Assembly (NCBI GenBank): GCA_009103225.1
Contig: RHPI01002069.1
Location: 1,155,389-1,219,388 of the forward strand
DNA: 64,000 nucleotides
Direction: 5' to 3'
From: Chlorokybus atmophyticus
Lineage: Eukaryota; Plantae; Mesostigma and Chlorokybus algae
The position numbers were made by a program, and so were the translations under genes. Every line of letters begins with the position of its first letter. Positions within the stretch are counted from its first letter, which is position 1. The notes under the pieces were generated by a model, which was not told the DNA's origin, did not search any database, and worked only from the letters and a program-made list of their open reading frames with translations. Positions 11,394 through 23,123 of this stretch are shown here, one piece after another.

Positions 11394-14300
11394 TCAATCA
11401 ACAACAAGCGCAGCAGCCAGCTTCGTCTCAACTTCTACACTGTCTCCATTTGTGATCTGTTCACCGGCAGGTTGAAGCATGCTGAGCAACGTTGCAGTGT
11501 CCCTTCCAATGACATCAAGGGCTGCGATCGCTGCCATCTTCTTCGCCATCTTCTTCTCTGGATTTTTGGCTCTCGCAATCTGGATAGATGATAAAACCGC
11601 ATCGGTTGTGTGACATGCGCATGCCAACTGATGCAGTGTTTTCTAAACTCAGTTTTCTACCTTGCGTCCTTCGATACACACTTCCACATGAGTGCTGCCA
11701 CCCGATGAAGGTACCTCCTCAAAACGTAGCCGCACATGCACTTGCAAACATGAAATGCACAGTGTATGACGCTCGCCCATACAGTCATCAGTCTCATGGT
11801 ACTGCTTCAATAAGCCTACCATCTGGCAAAGTTCATGCAACTCCGTGACAGGGTGCAAGTTTCCGGTTACAGGCACTTCTGCTGGACGAATCAGAGGTTC
11901 CAACACCTACACATCACTCACACACTTGAATGCCTGTCTTGCCGCCCTGATGCATGTACTATTGATGGGTAAGCGCTCATCAAACCTGCCATGTGCGATC
12001 AATGTCCATGCCAGTGTCAAGATACACCGCGCCCGCAAGGGATTCGAGAATGTCGCCCAAAACTTTTGGTGCACGCACATCATCCGTGCCGAAACCGGCA
12101 AAAAACTTCCGAAATTGACTTAATTTATTGGTTGTTTGAGCGGTTGCTTTCTCCGCCTCACTCGCTTCCCTTCTTTCAACAACTGCAGCAAACTCGTTGA
12201 TGGCTGCAGTTAAAGTGGGGGACGCATGCAGCAGGAACTTCTGCAATCCCGCTGATGAATCGCCTCCTGGAGCCAACGCAATGCGCGCAAAGCTGCACAC
12301 AGCACAACAAAATTTCCTCAGCATCATAGACGACGGCTTGCCTCTTCACCAAGCTAACTCAGTACACACTCACCACTCATTGTTTGTGAGTTGTGCGCGC
12401 AGGATGCTTAGCATCCCGGGGTCAAAGTGTCCGTACGCAGAGAATGCCCATCGCATGACGCAGCAATCAAGCACAGCATCACCCAAAAACTCCAGTCGCT
12501 GGTAGCATGAACGCGCCTGTCAACGCACAAGTTTAAACATGCAATTTGCGACATGCACACCGAACATGCAACGCAAGTTCTCTAACCTTGGACCAAGTAG
12601 CGTGTGTGAAGGCCTCTTCTAGAAGGCTACCATGCTTGAAAGTGTAACCAATAGCGCGCTCCAACCGCATGAAGCAAGTGGACTGAGACACCTTTGGGGG
12701 GTACTTTGCCAGAAGCTCACTCAGCAACTCGCTCTCCTTGTCTTCATCCAGGACGCTGATGCCCACCCACCTACACACGCTGATGGTGAGAGCCGCCCGT
12801 GGACACTCAAAAGCGTGCAAGGGGCATTACCGCATAAAATAGCGAGCAGCTGAAGGGCCGCCCTCAACAAGGTACGCTCCAATCAACGCCTCAACAGCGT
12901 CAGCAAGTGTTTTGCCAGGAATGGTTTGACCAGTGGATGAATCATCGAGCTGTGAAGACCCCAACCCGGGTGCACACCATGTCTGCAACACACACAGTGC
13001 TTCAGCGCTTTTGGACAAAAGCAGCACAGTGCACATACTGCCTTCACGGTCGTCAATTCGCAATGCTAGATCAAGCCCCTTCATTTGGCATAGGTAGTAG
13101 CAATTATGGCTGCAACTTGCGCTGCTGGCTTTTTGCAGCGTACCCGCATGTCGAAAGCCTTGGCTGCAGTCAGGCCCGACAGGCCTGTCTCAGTGGCCAG
13201 AGCGCTGAGAGTCTTGTTGCACACGGCGTTGCTTCGCGCGGCGCTCAGCTGGCCTTCATGCCAGGCTGGCTGTAGCAGCATCAGCCCAGAGCTAACATGC
13301 AGCTTCAGGGCCGCATCCCCGAGCACCTCGAGCCGCTCCAGCGTTGTCGGCACACCCACCGATGCGGCCGTCAAGGCTTCAACCACCTGATGCACATTGT
13401 CCTCTGAAACATATTGTCATGCATCCAGATGGGACATGCAACAGCCTCAAGCATTGGGCATACCCGTTCAAGTGGGATGCAGGACCTCCATGCAACCTTC
13501 TCTCTCAACTCATGCGCACACAGGAAGGTCTCCAATCGCCATATTGCCGCAGGCAGCCAGGACACGGCGCGCCAAAGGGACGCCGGGATGGGATGCATCC
13601 AACAAGTCTGCATGCATTGCAAGGTGAGGTAGGGTCGTGGCAGCTTGCAACTCTCTTGGAGACAACTCAAGTCACCTGTGGCACCAAGAAAACTGGAGGG
13701 GACTTTGCTGCTGCTTGGTTGTCCTGATGGCCGTCTACATCACTATTAGCTATGCTGTTTGCAGCAGTGCCTGCGGCCTTCCTCTTTACTCTATCCTTGG
13801 TTGCTTTTGCAAGCAGCAGCGGACATGATGCAGAAATGTTTCGTACTTCCAACATGGGCTGTGACATGTCGACGGCGACGCGATATCTGATAAGGCATGC
13901 GGATCATTTTAGCAATGGTGATAGGAGCAGCAGTACACAAGGCTCGTAGCAATTAATATAAAAGGCACCAGCTTACTTTTCAGTGTGGTAGTCAGCAAAA
14001 GACCGTTCATTCTGCTGACGGCCGCTTAAAAATGTTGAAGCAGGGCTCATATCATTTCGCACTTGAAGAACAAAATGCTCGTGTCCTTGGGACATGCCTG
14101 TTACCACCCTGTTCGCGAAACAGGCGTAGTCGCCGACGCTTGGATGGAGCCAACCGTCAGAGTTTACAGCCTCTGCTGTATCTACGTTGACTTGCTCCAC
14201 CAGTTGCCAGTTGATGTCCACGACATCACTATTGACATTACTACTGCTGGAGTCGGCAACAGGCAACACCAGGTAGCTCCTCGACTCGTCCTCAGCAGCG

Positions 14301-17300
14301 GCTTGATTACGTGCGTGGCTGCGAGTAATGGCAGCAAACACAACGCTTTGGAATGTGCGTGCAGCGTGATACTGCTCCATTGTGAGTGTGAGCATGCGTG
14401 CGGGACTGAAGCGAAGCCCCCCGTGCAGGTTGTGGCTGAACTGCAGAGCGACTTCAGGTAGATCGTCTGCATTGCCGGCACAAGCAAACAACATCACCAT
14501 CAGGACCAGGATGTCAAGCAGTCCTGCGGCTGCATACCTGGCGTAGGGCCCCATGCGAGTAAGGCTAACGGAGCCACATCTCCGCAGGTGAATGAGGATA
14601 TTGTGGAGTCACCCGACAGCGATAGTGGATAAATGCGGTGTGCATACATGGTTACGGTTGAGCAGGCAGAAATGGCGCGAGGAGCGATGAAAGCAGAGGG
14701 AATAGTGGGTAGCACGGCTGTAATAGCTGCATACTTCCGCTTGCGAGGAGATGCCCTTATTCCTTCAGGCAGCTGCATGAAGAGCAGTATGCGTTTGTAT
14801 GCGCATGTACAAAGCCAACTTGACACAACTCTCAACCTACCTCCCGCACATCTGGCAACAAGTGGTTATTTATAGCTCCATGCTTGTGCAGAACGATGCA
14901 CGCTTCTAAAGCCGCAGACTGTTTGGCTTTCTTGGTGTTGAGCTGCGGCTCCCCGCGAATGCACTTGGATGGGAGGGGGCAGTTGGCAGGAAGATGCACC
15001 TCCGTGCAATACATGTGGGATACGCACCCGTGAAGCCAGCCAATCTCCTTGAACACCGGACGCGTGTTGATGCAGTACCTGCAGGCCGCTTAGCAAGGAT
15101 GGTGCAGCAGACTTCTAGGCCCTACATATGTGTGCGAGGGGACTTACTATACATGTGCATCAGTGAACTTACTCATCTTGAGGGAGAGTGACGCAGTAGT
15201 TGTGCAGGAGAGAAATGCTGGAGTCGAATGTGATTATGGCACCAGTTGACTCTACCTTGTATTCTTTACCCATGTACAACTACAACAGGACGTTCAGTAC
15301 GCGTTGTACGCATGACAATGTTGTCAACCACTCAGTGAGGGCGTAGTGTTGTGGGCACCGGGAGTACCTGTGGAGTGCCAGGGTCAACAGGCACATTTGC
15401 AGGGTCGGTGCGGGCCAGAGCCATGGCAAGCATGTGGCCTTCAGTCTCATGCAACGAGCGCAGGATAGCCTCGTGAGCAACATCACCCCTGAGTGTGCAT
15501 CGCTCAGCATTTTAAATCATTCAACACCCCTGAAAGGCACACATGCACCCCCAGTTGTACCTCTCAACCATGTGCACGTAGTCGGAACCTTGCTGGCGTG
15601 CACGCCCGCGAGATTGGATGTTTGTCGCAGCAGTAGCGGGAGAATTAAAGCGCACCACACAGCGGCACCGCTGTATGTCTATACCTTCCTCTGCTACAGA
15701 TGTTGCTATCTGCAGTTTCATGTCATGTCAAACTTCAGCTTCAGTATGCATGTGTAAGCAAGCATGAAGTATACCAAAAAGGCAGCACAGACAGGTGCAA
15801 AGCCCCTCGTGCTTTGGCTTACCAGCACATTCAACCTGCCGTCCCTAAACTTCTCTAAAAGCGCCCGCTGCTTCTTTGTGTCCGCTCCACAATAGCCGGT
15901 GGCACTGCGCGAGTGACCAGTTATCAAGCCCACACGCAACCTTTTGGTCCCGCAGTCACTGCCACCATCATCTTCAAAGGTGAAGGATGGAAGGCGTGTG
16001 AGAGTGTTAAGCAGTGCTGCCGCTACGTCACGCCGCTCCACGAACACAATCGCTCGCAAATCAGGCTGGCAGGCGTACTCGTGCAGCAAGTGCACTAACG
16101 AGCATGCCTGCGATCAAACAAGACATTTGTCAACGACCACAGCATACATGTCTTGCACACAATGATTGTAAGCATGCGGTGACCTTGCGGGATAGCAGCA
16201 CAGGTTCAGTCAGGGTAAGATCGATGGTCAAATCCTCGCCAGTTGCACAGTTTGTAAGCTGCACTCCTGACGTTACCAGCTGAAGGGCGCTGAGCAACAG
16301 ACTATCCTGGTGGACAGTGGACACCGCGTGTTACAGAAGGAAAGGCAGAACACCAGACGTACGGCCACAACAAGGCTCACACGCATTACGGCATCTCCAT
16401 CATTGAGCATTTTGGCCTTGCTGCCTTCTTTGTCATCGACGTCCATCTGTTCCTCAATGTCCACATTGCAGGTGGAGACTGTTGTGCCTGAGGTATGTTT
16501 ATGTTTATGTTTTAACGCGTCCTGAAGGTAGTTTGCTGCAGCTAGACGCCCAACCTGCGTACATCAGATACGGTAGAATGGCATCAATCATGGCATCAAA
16601 TATTGACAACTGACATTGCCACAGGTGGGCCAAAACCCCCTGGTACCTGCACAAGGAAGGCGTGTGCGGACAGTATCTGCCGACGCACAAGCTTGTCCAG
16701 CTCGCCATTGGCTGTGCATATGTCCTGCGCCACAGGTGATTGGGTGAGACCTGCGCACACATACTCGTGCACTCCTGAGGGTGGCTTCGCCTGCACTTGC
16801 AGGCAAAGCCACCTCTAACACGCTAAGATGCAACCAAGATCACTACCAGCGTCCAATTACACTAATCTTGCAAGGAAGGCTACAAGGCTGGCAACCGACA
16901 ACAGACTCTGCCATGCCTCAGCCTAGACTTGGTTAAGCTATGAATTAGGCGCATGCACTCGGTGTTGCCCAGGTATACATTCAGTGGCATGATAGTTGCT
17001 CAGGTTATTATCGATAGATAACACATGAATACTCAAGCAGCAGCGCACTGAGCAGACAGCCAAACTGACATACAAGCAATGACATGAACAACTTACCACA
17101 CGGCAGGTGGGGATGTCACCAAGGACATGACTACCATGTGGTGGTCAAGCCCTTGGTGACAGCCCCAAGTGCCGCACTAAGGCATTATCGCTGCTATCAG
17201 ATTGCGCACAAGACAGACACACCTCGCTGAGGCCAAACAGCTGGAATGCAGGCTTGAGAATGCTGTCCGCTGGTGCGTCGTAGTAGTGCACGATCTCGCT

Positions 17301-18474
17301 AGGCGTGGGCGTGTGCGCCTCAACTGCGGCGCGATCGCTTGGCGTTAGAAGTGTTGCATGCAGCCGCGCCTCCAACTCCTGGACACATATCATAATAGAG
17401 TGCTGCCAAAGCCGCATGCGAGCTTGCGCTAATCTGTGTTAAGTGCACCTGAATCTTCTCATTGACTACTTCACGCGTTCCGCCCTTGCTTTTGCCAAAG
17501 TAAGGGGAGGCAGTCATGCCGAATATAATTGGTAGCTCCCCAGCACTGGAGCTTCCTGAATTACCTTCACTGGCTGCAGTTTGAGCTTGCAACAGACGCG
17601 CGTAGTGCTTGGACATGATCAAAGCATAGGGGTGGTTGCCGCGCGCATGATGGCATTCGTCAATGATGATCAAGCCGGCTCGTGAAAGGTGAAAAAAGCC
17701 GTGGTCGAGAATGTTCAGTAGAATCTGATGTGTCATCACCAACACCTGCATTGCAACGAGTTCAACGCCGTAAGCACCTCCGTGCAGTGCATGTGACCAA
17801 AGTGCATCAGCTTGGGCACAGTGTGCTTGCAAAAGAGTGTCAACCAGAGCACATGCCATGTGTCGCCCGCTGCAATGGTGAGCACCTCGTTCTCTGCAAA
17901 CTCCTTTTTCCAACGTTGCAGGTCCCACATATCAACACCACAATCGCCCCAATACTTGCCGACCTTTAGCGCTGTGTGGCGCTCTACGTAAGCCGCTTGC
18001 TGCACAATCCACCAACAGTCACATCACACAGCATCCCCTACACCATTACGCAGTGCGCGAGGTTACGATGTTGCTGCCTCACCTGTGCCACAAGAGGCAC
18101 CTTGGGCACCAGGAAGAATGTATGTCGCTTGCCAGGTTGTGCATGACGGTTGCGTATCAACAGGCAAGCTATCAGCGTCTTGCCTGCCATTGCACAGACT
18201 GTTGAAAGAACACCCTACACCTGAACACGAGCTGCTGCACAATACATAGTTACTGTGGCAGTTTTTAAATCTATGCAAGCTCACCTGCCCCTGTTTCAAG
18301 GTACACGAGCGTATTTCTGGCAAGCGCACGCTCAAGAAGCTCCAGCTGATACTCGCGCGGGGTCTCACCAAAATCATCAGTTGCAAGCATGCATGAATCG
18401 CGGGTATCGCATGCTTCGTCTTGCTTGCTGTTGGTTGGTGTGCCAAGCGTGTCTTTAACACTCGCAGTCGCCAT
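11394..18474 (-). CDS. DCL: Dicer-like protein (DExD helicase, HelicC, DUF283, platform/PAZ, RNase IIIa, RNase IIIb, dsRBD); many exons, boundaries partly approximate
   Basis: TPREYQLELLERALARNTLVYLETGAG, LIIIDECHHARGNHPY, IFGMTASP, TSVAEEGIDIQ, IQSRGRAR, KKAKQSAALEAC, LERLEVLGDAALK, KTLADAVEALIGAY, YQRLEFLGDAVLD, PKVLGDILESLAGAVYLD, HPVTELHELCQ in correct N-to-C order on the minus strand. Confidence 0.95.
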
Positions 18475-19811
18475 GGCGAACACTATGTAACAGTGACAGC
18501 GCTGGGTTCTAGATGTCTATAATACGAAGTTGCTGGCCAACAAGGTCCGAATCTCACAGCAATACAAACGAGACGGACGCAACGCCAGCGGAGCAGTGCA
18601 AGCGGGACAAGCAACAACTGCGTACACGCTGATTGCCCAGCGTCGCTGGTCTGCTGTCACGTCAACATCAGGTGGCAAGGCTGAGGTGGACGTGAGGTCC
18701 TGCTCTAAACAGTGAAGTAGAGCAGCCTGTGAAGTTAATGGTCGTCATCAAATCAAAGTACACTGCAAACATAAAGCACTGAGTGTTGCGTTCGCGTATG
18801 ACTGCGCGTTGCAGATGGTGTGTTGCGTTACAAGCAGCGTGGGACAATGCTAGACGCAGTCGACTTGTTATTTAAGGCTTACGCAGGAGCCACTAACTAT
18901 CACGCAAAGTGGCAAACTGTTTACCAAGTGGATTACAACAGCACACAAAACTCAAGCCTCCGACAAAACTCTTAACAGTCGCGTCATACTTTACATAGAT
19001 TTCGCATGCGAGCACCACGCAGCAGCGGAACGAGCATGCATCTTTCAACAAGCTGTAAATTGATGTTACCAACCTGAACAAGCCAGGGGCACAATTAGCC
19101 CCGGCGGAAATGCGGTCAGATCATGCTGGTTGCCACCGCCTCAGCAGCACCAACTGCCAGTCTCGGCATGCATAAGGAGAGTACCCACAGCCGACCAGCG
19201 GCCGTCAAGGCCAGCTGTCCATCGCCGCCAAGCCCATCTCACACATTGTGCTGCACTCAGCGGCACAGCGACGCAGCGACCGAATGCGACTTTGCTTTGC
19301 TTTCTCTCCGCTGTGCCATGTGTCAAGCCCTAGATCGGACGGTCTGCGGCAGACAGAAGATACCTGTGCCGGCTGCTGAGGCCCACATCGGCCGTACGAT
19401 GGCCTTCATCTTGAGCTTATCCGCAGTATGCATTGTATGCGAGACCGTAGGCAGGGCGGCGGCGGCGGCGGCGGAGGTGTGGTGGGGTCCCTGCAGCAGG
19501 GAAACCGCATGCTTCAAAGCGTTGGGTCTGAACACCTTTTCTGAACGGTAATGCTACTTATTGCTGGTTGCCGAAGGCTTACATATGCAATATGCGGTGG
19601 GCTCTGCTTGCTGAGCTGCGAGTCTTGCTTGCAATGGCCTCTAGCATTTGGTTATCTTGCTGCCTCTTTGGTTACGTTACAAAGTGAAAATGAAAGGAGT
19701 GATTGACAGTGTCCTGCATGCTGCAGCAGCGGCCTACAGCGGTTGCATTGCGCGCGACGCCTGTGAGTCCGCTTTTCATTGTTTGCATTTGTTGCAACGC
19801 AGTTAATAGCT

Positions 19812-21134
19812 ATGGCTAGCGCGGCTCTGTGCGCGTGCTCCACGTCGCCATGCTGCTCAACCGAGCATACGGCGAGGCCATGGAGGCTAGAAAGAAGCAC
19901 GTGCATGCCGCACAAGGCGATGGGCACGGCGATAAAAGCATCGCATGCACGCACGCATTTCAGTATTCGCGCCAGCGCTGGCAATGGTGTGAGCAAGCTT
20001 GAGACCCAAGTGCAGAACGAAGCCGAGAGCAGCACCAGTAGCACGAAGTTTGACGTCAGCAGCAACTGTGTCACTCCCGTTTACAGGTAGACTGCCATGC
20101 TGAGGACATGTGCGCATGCACCAGCACTGCGGCCATGCTGAGCTCACATATGCTTGCTGGATGCAGTGCTTTCTGAAGCACTTTGTCACAACAGTACTTG
20201 CAGCGGTGGCATGCGTTTATAGCGAGGTGTTGGCTGCAGGTCTACGCCTTGGAAAGCTGAAGCAAGCAAAGCAGCGACAGCCACCAGCCAGATTAGAATA
20301 CTGTTTGTTAGCGAGGGGAACGTGTGCCGCTCTGTGCTAGCAGAAGCGTTCTTCAATGCAGTGTTGAAGGAGAACGGGCTCAGCGAGTTGGTAGAGTGTG
20401 AGTCGAAAGGATCCAGAAACTACAATGAGGGAGAGGAGCCCGATGAGCGAGTAGCAGAGGTGATGGTAGCACTGCTGGGAATAATCAGACTTCACACCAG
20501 TTTGCGTGTTTCTTACACAGTAGTGTTTCTCAGGTTGCCCAGGACATGGGAGTATCACTCCCTGAGGGCATGACCGCACGCGTGTTTGTACCTGCTGAGG
20601 ACATTGTTGCGTATGACCTAGTGGTGGTGATGGACAAGTTCAATGCTTCGGATGTTCTGAAGGAGGTGTCTGTGTACGACACTATCCACAAGTCGGGGAA
20701 CTATTCTGTGCGCGTTCGCAAATTAGGTGAGAGGCTAGGTCAGAGCATCATACAATTTCTACCCGTTGTGGTCAGCACGCAGCACTGCACTGCGCTTGCG
20801 TCAAAAGCCTGAGAGCAGGCTTTTGACGCAGGCTTTTCATACAACATGTTGGTGATTCATCTAACCGTTGCTGCCAGGCGAGTTCCGCACACCGCCTGTT
20901 GACGATATTGACGACCCATTGTACGGGAACGATGAGACACCGGAGGAGATGGAGTATTTGCGCGCAACAGCAAGAATGCTGCAAGAGTCTTGCAAGGGTC
21001 TTGTGGACTACATCATTGGTGTGCGGCAAGCATGTGCCAAAACGCAGCAGCCCTTGAAGGAAGCTTTCTCACAGTCAATATGCGGCATGCAGGCCATGGA
21101 CTGGCTCGTGCCACCCATGCTACAGAAGCGTTGA
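19812..21134 (+). CDS. Low-molecular-weight phosphotyrosine phosphatase-like protein with transit-like N-terminus (exons 19812-20086, 20240-20459, 20534-20726, 20878-21134; 314 aa)
   Basis: RILFVSEGNVCRSVLAEA P-loop region, YDLVVVMDKFN, DIDDPLYGN; exons sum to 945 nt in frame. Confidence 0.85.
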
Positions 21135-21602
21135 ATTGCTCGGTAGTCATGCAGCGGTTGTGTTGACAATTACAAACACTAGACATACCCACAACATGTA
21201 GCAGCGTTAATGTTTGGACTTGGTTACTCTCTTACTCCCTCGATGGAGGCCCTTGAGGAATATGTGGGATAGCTGAGCTCGAGGGGAGGCAGTGAGTACA
21301 ACCAGGAGCAAAAGCCAGGTCATGTCGTGTATTGGCAATGATTAGCAAAGAAGTAGCTCAGCAGACCTTCGAGGTCGCCTGCCTTGATAAAGAGTTTGAG
21401 GTTGCAGTCAGCATGATGTCTGATCTGTGCTGTTGCATAACACACCCTTGGGATTGATGGGACGGCTGTTGAATACGGTTACTCTCATAGTTGCAAGTCA
21501 GATTCTGCAATGTCATTGTACAAAGGATGCCAGGCGGGTCACACGCATGCAAGTAACATTGCACTCATGATATACATGAACTTAGCACAGAGCCCGTGTG
21601 GG

Positions 21603-21785
21603 CAGGTAATGCACAGATACGTATGTATGCATGCCTAACGGGGAGGTCTAGACTAGTGCAGTGTAGTGAGGAACAAACAGTGTGTATAGCCCGGTGGTTG
21701 TGTTGTAATGTGCTTGCATGTTGCTGTTTGGCATGCTGTGAGTGAGGTGATGCATGTCTCGAACTACTGCCAGCATATCCTATAC
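21603..21785 (+). repeat. Dispersed repeat, copy 1 (related to 58944-59130)
   Basis: Shared core ATGTATGCATGCCTAACGGGGAGGTCTAGA and ATAGCCCGGTGGT with alignable flanks. Confidence 0.8.
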
Positions 21786-22093
21786 AAGCGTCCGACACTT
21801 TGCATGCAGCCTACGTAGCGTACCATCTCTTATACACCATTGCCACCATGCGTTCACATACAACACCACCGGGCTACACACCAACATACTGCTACTACGC
21901 TACTCACTAAGCACAACGCTAACTGATCACTTACCGTACTCAATCAACATTATGCATGAGTACTTTTATGTACGCAAGTAGTGGTAATCTATTATTGCCT
22001 AGAAAAAACAACTGCACAAGTGAGGAGTACAATGTCTTTGTATTTTTTAGGGAATTTTCTAGAGAAGCCCCCCCCTCAATCTTCACATATTTT

Positions 22094-22371
22094 NNNNNNN
22101 NNNNNNNNNNNNNNNNNNNNNNNNNNNNNNNNNNNNNNNNNNNNNNNNNNNNNNNNNNNNNNNNNNNNNNNNNNNNNNNNNNNNNNNNNNNNNNNNNNNN
22201 NNNNNNNNNNNNNNNNNNNNNNNNNNNNNNNNNNNNNNNNNNNNNNNNNNNNNNNNNNNNNNNNNNNNNNNNNNNNNNNNNNNNNNNNNNNNNNNNNNNN
22301 NNNNNNNNNNNNNNNNNNNNNNNNNNNNNNNNNNNNNNNNNNNNNNNNNNNNNNNNNNNNNNNNNNNNNNN
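22094..22371. other. Assembly gap (278 N)
   Basis: N run in sequence. Confidence 1.
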
Positions 22372-22993
22372 CCCCTTTTACAAGACAAAAAGCACTGCAC
22401 TCCAAAATTTTTATGCTTCTTTGATGGCGGGCGCAGGCTCTTCCAAGTAAATACGGTAGTGACGGAGCTGCATACATAGTCGTGTATATAGCACGAGGTG
22501 AGTGTGTTCTGCAGAGTGTTGCATGCGTGGTGTGGTCTGAATGGGCATACCCCTCTAGCATTTTCTGTACAACTTGTGTATGCAGCTCCATCACTACCAT
22601 TCACACGCTTGTATACCACAAGCGTGTGTATGGTGGTATGTCATTTACTGTAACAGCATATCGCGGGCCAATGTCTGCGCGCAGGAACATTCTTACGTCG
22701 AGGGGCCCAGCGTACCTTCGGCGACTGACGTGCATCGCTAACCGAGGTGCTGACACGCCACGTGGGCCGACCACTACTGCATGCTTATCCCGGAATTCAT
22801 CGGACGGCAGCGGTAACATTGACGCCATGCCCAGCACCTGAAGACCGTCGGATGTTGTATCTGGACCTCGCCGATAATTAGGCCACAAAGTAACTACCGT
22901 TTATAAATAACCTAACGTGGCTTCACCGCAGCAAGGTGGCTAACATACTTCAAGCCGCGGATGTCACGAAGGTTGCTGAGTTGAGTTTATCGC

Positions 22994-23001
22994 AAACCCT
23001 A
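22994..23001 (+). promoter_or_regulatory. Telo-box (AAACCCTA) ~125 bp upstream of catalase ATG
   Basis: Exact motif in proximal upstream region. Confidence 0.4.
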
Positions 23002-23123
23002 GCCTACACACTGACGTTGTTGCCTTGGGGCGCTGGTGCTACGCGGGGCAGCGGCGAGCGAGGTGTGGGCATTGTTGCCGGCGTTGGACTGACAGGACAG
23101 CGGGTTGTTTGAGCCTCTGCATC

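Noticed and set aside
22452-22899. Possible TIR pair CGGTAGTGAC / GTAACTACCG
   Set aside because: Short, imperfect and without a clean TSD.
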